NCBI GenBank assembly: GCA_002269645.1
Contig: NIVC01000201.1
Coordinates: forward strand, 124,001-188,000
Direction: 5' to 3'
Source: Macrostomum lignano
Lineage: Eukaryota
Length of the DNA stretch: 64,000 nt
The translations under genes were made by a program, and so were the position numbers. Shown here in pieces: positions 35,831 through 46,290 of this stretch. The notes under the pieces were generated by a model. It was given only the letters and a program-made list of their open reading frames with translations. It made no database searches and was not told the DNA's origin. Position 1 is the first letter of the stretch. Each line of letters starts with the position of its first letter.

Positions 35831-37979
35831 TCTGGTGGATGGGGGCAGTGCGCTGTCTTTGCTAAGAGCCAAAGACTATTCTAAAAAATCACTGGAAGGA
35901 GCATGGAGGCCTTGGAGCCCCATGTGTGAAGGCCGTGTCATGTCATTAAAGATTATAGGACTGAGAAAATTTATTTATTAGGAGTTAGTCTCCCGTTCGA
36001 CCCCCGCTAAGTGGCAGAATGGTAGTCAGCCCGTGATTGCTTAATCCCCTCCCAATTAGCGTATTGAAAGATTGCTCGTGTTGCCCCGTTGGATACCGCT
36101 TTTCGCTTATTTACGTGCGCTTTCCATCATATTCAAACTATGTTGTGACTCCGTTCTCATATGGCGATGTTTAAATATCTAGGATTTGAGCTCAAACTTT
36201 GAGCTCAAATTTGAGCTCGTACGGTATGTGTTTATTCCCTATAAGTCAATATTATCTTGGAAACCGGAAAAATTTCTATGGGTCTGCCCCACAGGAGGTC
36301 CTGCCCCGCTGTTTAAAATTTTGTAGGAACAATGGAAGTCTGGGACTGTTAAAATTAGCACATTTCAGTTTGATTTCTCGTGTTTGTTTGCACCTCGTAG
36401 GTCAGTGCGAAATTCTCAATTCTCTCTCTTCTATCATCTCGACCCTCTCTCCTATTATTTATTTCCTGTCTTATCTCCTCTCTCTCATCTCTCATCTGTA
36501 CTCTCCTTTAACATCTCTCCTCTTTTTTCCCAACTCTCCCAACTCTTCTCTCAACTTTCTCCCCTTTACTCTTTCACCTCCCCTCTCTACTCTCTCCTCC
36601 CTCTCATCTCTCCTGCTCTCCCATCTCTCTTCTCCTTTCTACTCTCTCCCTTCTCCATTCTTCTATTTCCTCTCATCTCTCTTCTCTCCCTTCCCCTCTC
36701 TTCCTGTCCTCTCGATTCTCCCCCTTTATTCTCCTTTCTTCTTCACTCCACTTCTCTCCCATTGTCTCTCATGTCTGCTCTCACATATTTCTCTTCTCTC
36801 TCCACTCGTCTCTATAATCTCTTCCCTCTCCTCTCTCCTCTGTTCTAGCTCTACTGTCTCATTTCTCGTCTCTGCTTTCTCATCTCTCCTTTCTCCTCTT
36901 TCATCTCTCCTATCTGATCTCTTCTCTCTTCTGTTTGTATCAGACTTGTGTCTGTACATGTATTTAGAGGTTCAGCTTAATTTGACGAGATTTCAGAATT
37001 GTCAGACTTTGATTGAAGCCTTGCGTCTCTTGGGTATCAGTACTTGCTGAAAAATACATGCATCTCATATCTGTGCAAATTTGCCGCAGTGCATAAAGAG
37101 TACAAATGATATTTACATAAATAAATCTGAGGCTTCATGCTAAGTGCTGCATGCAGATTCACTATATTGAGTTATTTATTTACGAGCCAAATTGTTATCA
37201 TGGTTACCAACAATAGCAGTTGGCTAAAAATGTTAAAACTGAAAAAAGATTGCAACGAAAAATAACGATATGGCTGATTTGAGGTGAGCTGTTTTATATA
37301 GATAGATTTTTATCTCCACGCAAGCCAGTCAGTTATTTAGACTATTTATGACTTCCAATCGTATCGTATCAGTTGTCGTATCGTACAGGCCACAATTGAA
37401 AAAAAAGTTGCTCTAGGGTTGGCTTGAGTGTAACGATCCGTGACCATAAATTAAGTCTTTGCTCATTCAAGCTTGAATTGAAAGCAACCCCGCCTACCTT
37501 TTGTATTCAACTTAAACAAATTAATACGGCTCGTATGTGAACTCAATAGAAGTGGAAATCAAAAATAAAAACACTGCATCAGTTGCCACCCATTCACGAT
37601 ACTTCATATTATTTCTAGATACCAACGGATTGACAACAGTTTGTAGCAATGAATAAATTGTTTTTCTATGAAATCTTTCATCAGGCCTAGCTGTTCTGCG
37701 AATGTGGGTTCAAAAGGTATCTCATATCTGCATTTTAATAGCTCGTATACGTAGCTCATATAATATCATGCATAATGATGGGGATGATGGGATGATGATG
37801 AATTACGGAGGCAGAAGTGCACTGAGTCACACATACATGCAGTGACTAGCCCAAGTAAAGGCTGTTTGCTCTGTAAGTGCGACGCAATGAACCCCCCCAT
37901 CCCAAATTTGAGCGTAAAACAAAGTGTAATATCTGGCAAGAAATGTGCACGGTGATTCTTAAATATGCTCTAGGGCTAT

Positions 37980-38292
37980 ATTGGGTGCAGCAACTAAGTA
38001 AGTGCGGATTTTTTTGGCTTTTTTAACTCGTTATGATCTGAAATGGCAATAAGGTACGGGTGGCATGGATAGATGACAAAGTTCAAGCAAATTATAGCAA
38101 TGGGTGCAGTACAAATAAGTAAGTGCGGATTTTTTTGGCTTTTTTAACTCGTTATGATCTGAAATGGCAATAAGGTACGGGTGGCATGGATAGATGACAA
38201 AGTTCAAGCAAATTATAGCAATGGGTGCAGTACAAATAAGTAAGTGCGGATTTTTTTGGCTTTTTTTAACTCGTTATGATCTGAAATGGCAA
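37980..38292. repeat. About 120-bp tandem triplication (third copy partial) just 3' of the transposase
   Basis: tgggtgcag..aataagtaagtgcggatttttt... at about 37982, 38101 and 38222. Confidence 0.9.
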
Positions 38293-38329
38293 GAGATTTG
38301 GGCGGGCGGCTTGGGTAGTTGATGAGTTT

Positions 38330-40189
38330 TTAAGCCTCCTCGTCTGCAGGCTGCTGTACCTGCCAGACAGGCTGAGTGTGCAGATGGCTGCAGGCCCTTA
38401 GAAAAGCCGCAATTGAAAGTGAACTTTCTCTAAGATGTCTGCAATGCGTCTCGAAGGCAGCATTCACTCGTGCGTACCTGGCATGCACCTGCTGGTGATG
38501 AGTAACAGCCTGGCCCCCGTGAACTTGCTGCTGTAGCCGTTGCACCCATTCAGCATCACGCTCTAGCAGGTCCAGCAGAAGGTAGAAGTTCAGCGGTTTC
38601 TGTCCACGCTTGTTGAGTTGACCATGCCAGGCTTCTACGTCGTTGTTGGTCCTCTTGTACTGCTCGAAGACGCAGATAGCATCACGGTCCCAGACGGGAT
38701 GCTGCAGCCAGGTAGTGCGCACATACTCGGCTAGCTGTAGGAGTAGCTCATTACCTATTGCCAGTTGAATGCAGGCTGCCAGACCATCAAGCATACAAGC
38801 GGACGGCAAGCATGGAATCGAGAGAAGCATGCGTACAACCAACTTAACTGCTGGAACAGTGGAATACTGCACCTGAAGGCCAAGATTTTGGACACGCCTG
38901 AAGACAGCTTGACAATAATGGAAGAAGCAGCTGCGAACTTGCGCACCTGGATATACCAGCCGAATTGCTTGCCAAGCAGCAGCTTCAAAGTCACAGGTGA
39001 ACTTGATTGGCGCATTACCTGTTGACTCCCAAAGGCAACGAAAGCAGGCTTGATAATCAGCTTGAGCCTTACCGGACATCAAAAAGAAGGCAAGTGGTAC
39101 CAGCCTTTCTTGCCCATCAAAGCGAATCGCACCATGTACACTGTAAAGCTGTTTGAAAGGTGCCTTGACAATGCTAAAAGTTCTGTCGCACTTCAAGATT
39201 CGTCGGGTTGATAATAGTTCTCGCTGAGTTGTCGTCATGAAGACGAAGTGTCGCCCGTTTGTCTCAGGAACTGTCACATCCTGCAAATGAAACTGGGCAG
39301 GTACATGTCTAGGATCAACTTGGAAATGTACGTCAACAGGTTCCATAGGGCGATCTTTTTTGCGACTGTAATTAGCATTGCGACTCAATGACTCAATACT
39401 AAGCACCTCCTGCACTTCAGGTGAAACTTCTCTTACCTTCTCCTCCGCGATAATTCTAGCAGAGGTAAACAACATGCGCTTTGCTCCCTCCTTTACCTCC
39501 TTTGCTGCCTTTCTCTTCTAAGCTGGCCGATCAACTGGATCGCACGTGTGCGGAGCAAGGGCTTCTATGGTTCCATCAGCACGGCGGACTGCGGAGCCAT
39601 GACAGTGCAGTGATAAACGCTTAGTGCAGCGATAGTACGTGTTGCCATTTCGCCGCGTTTTTTCATCCATCAGATGGCCAAGGTCTCGTTGGGCATACTG
39701 CACTAGAAGATCTTTTCCGTGACTGCATCCTGCACCTGTAAGAATCTCAAAGGGCTGGGGAGGTGGGCTGCGGGGCGGTGCAAGCTCTGCTGGAGGAATT
39801 TGAATGGATTCTTCCAGAGCTGGATCAGGGTCATTGAAATCTGGATACTGGTAAAGAAAATTTTCTGCTTGTGCCGGAATCAAATGCACTGGTTCTGGAT
39901 TTTTAGCAGGCAGAGGAACAGCCGCTGATCCAGAATTCGGGGCTTGTACATGTACCACTACAGCATCTGCAGCTTGAGACACTGCTAAGTTACCTGCAAG
40001 AGCCCGTCTATTGCATTGATTGCAAAGCCAGAAAAACTAACCGACATTTCTCATTGCAGAATACTGATCGATTGTGACGCGACTATCACATGCACGGTGC
40101 TGCCAATTCAAGCATTGAGAACACTCAATTGCTTCTTGTCCATCGCAAACTGGCTGCAGACAGACCACACATGGATATGCGCCTGTCAT
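38330..40189 (-). pseudogene. MULE transposase with N-terminal PHD finger and FLYWCH-type zinc finger, interrupted by two in-frame TAG codons (40039-40037, 39520-39518)
   Basis: A single frame of 620 codons, translated by hand: MTGAYPCVVC..IECSQCLNWQHRAC..VG*FFWLCNQC; YYRCTKR..CHG..HTC; CDRTF (DGTF-like), CDFE, CFFH, TNNDVEAWH. Confidence 0.88.
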
Positions 40190-41349
40190 TTTGTATCTAA
40201 GTGCTTAGACTGCTTCAGTGAATGAGACAGATGAATTTTGAACAGGGCATGAAATTTACCCAGTTTTTATCCCTTTAAACAAGTAAATTAGTCTCGACCA
40301 ATAAGAGAAACTGGAAAAAGCTACACCAGATTTTATATGAAGAAGAGATTTGTTTAATACGAAATATGTTTACACCTCTTAGGGGCCTACTATAAGTAGG
40401 AAATTAAGACTCGTAACCATTTTTGTCTTTAGCCCTGCAATAAACTAATAAAATTTTGACTGCCTGTCTAAACCCCCCCCCCATTGCAACCCCACATCTC
40501 CCCACCCGAAGCTATCCAATAGTAAATCAGCTGTCATTTTCCGTGACCCCCACCCCAGCTGTGGCCATCTTGGTGTGTGGCCATCTTGGTCTTACACCGA
40601 TGGCAATTGTCAAGTTTTGTTTGTTAAATTATTTTGACTCTAAAAAAGTAATGTATGAACTAGGCTATTTAAAATACAATTATATACTTTTAAGAGACTT
40701 AAGCCTGATTAAGCACTAATTCTATGCTATAAAACTTGTTAAAATGTATCTGACACTAAATATAAAGATACAATAGTCTATCATAGCTATTTTTAAGAGA
40801 GCTAAGCTTAACTAGGCCCTAATTTTATTGCCTTCTAGGCCCTAACATGCATCTTGGCTAAGAAATTGCTCCATGTTAAAGAGATTAAATATTCGAAAAA
40901 CATGCTTTTTTGCAAAGGTCAAGCAAACTTTTTGACTTGAAATGCATTGTAAGAATGCTAGAGAAAAAACTGACTGGTTGAATTCTGATTCTGAAATAGA
41001 TTGCATTATAACTGAATTGTAACTCCGACTTGAATTGAAAATGCAGTGTGGAAGCGTAGCACCAGACTTGATTTAAATTGCGTAACCATATTGTTAACTG
41101 ATACTGACTGACTGAGAAACTGATTATGTCATAACTGCTTCGTGTGATTTACTCTATGCTTGGATTTTAAAGTGTTGAATTATATAAGTGCAAAATTTGA
41201 TTTTATCAAAACGATGAGAGCTAGCCTAGAGGTGAACAAACTGAACTACTAAATGCAGTTTGGTTCAAATTGGTTCGAATTTTCATAGAGTATAATTTTT
41301 TTAATTAAAGCTTTTCAACGTCTGGAAAACTAAAAGACTTTTTAAAAAG

Positions 41350-42725
41350 AAGCGTCATGTAAAAATCGTAGAAGCATAATTTAAAAATCATAGAAGCCTT
41401 ATTTAAAAAAATCATAGAAGCGTCATGTAAACAATCATAGAAGCGTCATGTAAACAATCATAGAAGCGTCATGTAAACAATCATAGAAGCGTCATGTAAA
41501 AAATCATAGAAGCGTCATGTAAACAATCATAGAAGCGTCATGTAAAAAATCATAGAAGCGTCATGTAAACAATCATAGAAGCGTCATGTAAACAATCATA
41601 GAAGCGCCATGTAAAAAATTGTAGAAGCGTCATGTAAACAATCATAGAAGCGTCATTTAAAAAATCTTAGGAGCGTCATGTAAAAATCATAGAAGCGTCA
41701 TGTAAACAATCATAGAAGCGTCATGTAAACAATCATAGAAGCGTCATGTAAACAATCATAGATGCGTCATGTAAACAATCATAGAAGCGTCATGTAAAAA
41801 ATCATAGAAGCGTCATGTAAACAATCATAGAAGCGTCATGTAAACAATCATAGAAGCGTCATGTAAAAAAATCATAGAAGCGTCATGTAAACAATCATAG
41901 AAGCGTCATGTAAACAATCATAGAAGCGTCATGTAAAAAAATCATAGAAGCGTCATGTAAACAATCATAGAAGCGTCATGTAAACAATCATAGAAGCGTC
42001 ATGTAAACAATCATAGAAGCGCCATGTAAAAAATTGTAGAAGCATCATGTAAACAATCATAGAAGCGTCATGTAAACAATCATAGAAGCGTCATGTAAAC
42101 AATCATAGAAGCGTCATGTAAACAATCATAGAAGCGTCATGTAAACAATCATAGAAGCGCCATGTAAAAAATTGTAGAAGTGTCATGTAAACAATCATAG
42201 AAGCGTCATTTAAAAAATCTTAGGAGCGTCATGTAAAAATCATAGAAGCGTCATGTAAACAATCATAGAAGCGTCATGTAAACAATCATAGAAGCGTCAT
42301 GTAAACAATCATAGAAGCGTCATGTAAAAAATCATAGAAGCGTCATGTAAACAATCATAGAAGCGTCATGTAAACAATCATAGAAGCGTCATGTAAAAAA
42401 TCATAGAAGCGTCATGTAAACAATCATAGAAGCATCATGTAAAAAATCATAGAAGCGTCATGTAAACAATCATAGAAGCGTCATGTAAAAAATCATAAAA
42501 GCGTCATGTAAACAATCATAGAAGCGTCATGTAAACAATCATAGAAGCGTCATGTAAACAATCATAGAAGCGTCATGTAAAAAATCATAAAAGCGTCATG
42601 TAAACAATCATAGAAGCGTCATGTAAACAATCATAGAAGCGTCATGTAAACAATCATAGAAGCGTCATGTAAAAAATCATAGAATCGTCATGTAAACAAT
42701 GATAGAAGCGTCATGAAAAAATCAT
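41350..42725. repeat. 23-bp minisatellite
   Basis: catagaagcgtcatgtaaacaat units. Confidence 0.96.
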
Positions 42726-43649
42726 AGAAGCCTCATTAAAAACTAATGAGAGTGTCATTTAAAAAATTAAGAAGCATCATGGTACAATAAAAGAAGCGTC
42801 ATGTCAGACATGAAGGGTGTCATGTAAAAATTAAATGCAGCTATAATGCTGTGCTGGGGAGAAAAACTGAGACGTAAAGGCTCTCAGAGAATAACTGAGA
42901 TTACAGGCGGGGGGGGGGTTCTGAGATTTCAAGCAAAAGTCAGAAGCTACTTCAAAGTTCATGTACTTTACTAAATTTTTTTATTGCATTCTTTGTTGGC
43001 TCGCCACGGGGGGGGGGGCGCTGATAGAAGAAAAGTCATGTAAAAAATAAAAGTAGCACTATGTATACATAAAAGAAAAGTCATGTCGAAGTTAAAAGAT
43101 TCATTTGGGAATTGCTACGATGTCAAAGCTTGGAGGGAATCGTTATAGTGCTGTGATTCTTAAAGAAGGAATCACTAAAATGTCAAGGCTTAGGGGAGAA
43201 GAATTGCTGAGATTTCAAGGCTTTAGGTTGGGTTAAAGTTAGGTTTAGGTCAGGTGTGGGTTGAGGGTTATATTTTTATCGGGTTTCAAGGTTAACAGAA
43301 TAACAGGGGATTTTTTAGATTTCAAGGTTTATGGGAGCCATCGCTGACATGTCAAGGCTTACAGGGGGAATAGCTGAGATGTCAAGGCTCACGGGGGTAT
43401 AAATGAGATTTCAAGGCTAAAGTCAGAAGCTACATGTAGTTTATTGAAAACTTTTTATTACATTATTTGATGCCTCCTCAGGGGAGGGATCGCTGATAAA
43501 AAAAGCGAAATGTAAAAAATAAAAGAAGCTTCATGTCGAAGTTAAAAGATTCATTTGGGAATCCCTACGATGTCGAGGCTTGCAGGGAATCGCTATAATG
43601 CTGTAGTGCTATAATGACTCTTAGAGAGAATTACTGAAATTTCAATGCT

Positions 43650-43710
43650 TTAGGGTTAGGTTAGGGTTAGGGTTAGGGTTAGGGTTAGGGTAGGCTAGGG
43701 TTAGGGTTAG
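43650..43710 (+). repeat. Short interstitial (TTAGGG)n tract
   Basis: About seven perfect TTAGGG units plus degenerate ones. Confidence 0.85.
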
Positions 43711-46290
43711 AAGGTTGACAGATATTTTTAGATTTCCAAGGCTTATTGGGGGCATTGCTGAGATGTCAAGGGGGGAAGTTGATATGTTAAAGCTTGTGGG
43801 GGGGAATTACTGACATGTCAAGGCTTACAAGGTTTGACAGGAGATTTTTTAAGATTTCAAGGATATATGTAGCTTATTAAAAAAATGTGTATTGCATTTT
43901 TTGGCTCCCCAACGGGGGGCGTAGATTGCTAGTTATACCTATGCATGGTTTAATAGTAGATGGCACAGGCAATTGGCAAATCAATGCAATCTAGCATGGT
44001 TTGTAGAAGTGAAAGATTTATGAAAAGGCGATATAATGCAATACAACCTTACTGAATTAGTCACACTATAAAAATTTTAAGTTTTTCTTAAAGGTACTTT
44101 AAAATTTAAATAGCCTCCTAAAAAGTGCATATTCCTTGTATATTAGACTGATAAGAGGAGAGAGAAAAGAAGAGTGAAGAGATAAGATAAGAGATAAAAG
44201 AGAAGAGAGATGATGGAAGATATAAGAGAAAGAGGGAAGAAAAAAGAGATTAGAGGAGAGAGAAAAGAGAAGAGACAAGTGACAACAGAGAAGAGAAGAA
44301 ACAGAAGAGAATATAGAAATTTTAAAGGATCCAAGGGATATAGGAGAGGCAGTGGCCAGAGTTTGCCAATACATACAATATGTATATACATACAATACTC
44401 CATTTTATGTTGACTCTATTCTACTAACAATTAACAAGTTTTTGTTTGAGTATGGCCCCAGATTTCAGAATACATGCAAAAATAATTCCAGGGATTGGAA
44501 TTCCTCCAGTTCAAAATCCGCAGGTTTTAACAGCTTGTTTTATATAATTACAAATATAAAAAAGCATGCCTATATTATAACTTTAATATACATAGTGAAA
44601 ATATTTTTTAGTAGTCCTAGCATACAAATAAAGTCTTGTTCTTTTTTCCTGGTATAGGCTATACTAATACATGATCCAAATTATGACAAATGCTGGGAAG
44701 GTGAAGTATATCTTAAATTTTTTATATTTTAATGATTTTTATAATTTATTTTGCCTTGCCTTGCCCTTGCTTAGGGGCTAGGCTTAATATTGGATACTAT
44801 GATTGTGTAGGGCGATCTATAATTGTACGAGTAATAATGTTTTTAAATTCGCGCCTAAACGCTAAGTAAATAATTTGTTATACTGTACGATTTTCTCATA
44901 ATTTTACAAATATAATTTTTGTTTTAATCTACGAGTAAAATTAGTATAAATAGAAGCATTTTCGGCGAAGGAAGAACCAACCTCGTGCATCGCGGTTCGC
45001 AATAAACAATTGATAGCAAATAGAAGAGTTCCGAGAAAATAAGAATTGAAGAAGTGTTTTCTGTATTCATTCCTTTCAGAAGTAAGAGTGAAGTAGATGG
45101 AGGTGTGTACCGTATATACTACTAAGAAGGAAAGTGTTGAGTAGTAAGAAGTTACGAAGTAGATCTGAAGTAAGATGTGTAAGAATAATGGAGGCTGTGA
45201 CCCTCTGATCTCGGTAATGCCCAAGGACTTGCAAAGTACATGAAATACATATACCAGTAAGCCAAAATACTGCTCAGGCCATTATTAAGTAGAACGCTAC
45301 CAGAATAATAGAATGCTACCAGAATAATCAGAAGAGTACACCTTTCAGGGCTAACAGTTTTTCTAAGAATAATACTCAGACTAAATACTCAGACCTATTC
45401 TAAGAAACATTTTTCAGATTATTCTAATATTGATAAACTCATAATTTATTAATAGAATAATCTTGGTGGCACTACCTAAGAAGAACACTTAAGAGAATAG
45501 TAAATTAGCCCTAGGACAACTTTGGTAGCATAACGGTGGAATTTTATAGAGAGCCAAAAGGCCTGTAACAACCTTGGTAACAGCAGTGGGATATTATTAA
45601 GAAGGAAGAATCACCCCTGTAACATGATCATTTTTGACTTGGCTAAAAACTTGTTACTTATTTGTTTGTTTGTTATTTGAAATATATCTTTTTCATTTAC
45701 TACTTTAGTACTTAAGTTAAGCCTAAGCCTTACTAATTTTTAGCTTAACATATATATATGGCCTAAATATATAATAAATATAAATGACCTATATATATCA
45801 TTTTAGGTCTTAGCTTTTAAATTTAACCTTTCTTTAGTCTTTAGTGTTTGTGTTAGTCTTAAAAGATGTTAGAGTTAGGCCTTTAATCTGCATATCATGA
45901 TAGTTTGACTTTATATTGGCATCCTAAATTTAGACATTGAAATTGTATACTTGATTGGGATTCTTGATTCCCATGGGGTTGGTATTGTATTAATTGTCTA
46001 CTTTGAGTAAATCTGTATACAGTATGCTTGTAAACATGGAGTCTGCAGGCTTCTGCATCTTCTGTTAGGCCAGAGAGGCTTGGCTGTGTAAAGTGGTAGA
46101 GTTAGAGATGTTGATTTTAGACTCTGGATGCCAAATGGCAAGTTGATATTAGAGTGGAAAATATGCTCTGCTGTCCTGCTCACCTCCTGCCTGGCCAGCA
46201 TCTCACAGCTATCAACCACCGGCGCTAATATTAAGCATCAGAGTTGAGCACTGCTAATCATCAAGTCCTATCAGTCAGCTACTTGAATTG

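Larger units (their letters stand above)
33664..40598 (-). mobile_element. Full-length Mutator-like (MULE) DNA transposon, 6935 bp
   Basis: 42-bp TIRs at 33664-33705 and 40557-40598 (GGYGYAWGACCAAGATGGCCACACACCAAGATGGCCACAGCT). Perfect 8-bp TSD GATGGCAA at 33656-33663 and 40599-40606. An internal transposase is present. Confidence 0.9.

Noticed and set aside
34617-37050. Leu/Ser-rich ORFs resembling membrane proteins
   Set aside because: They are CT-rich low-complexity DNA.
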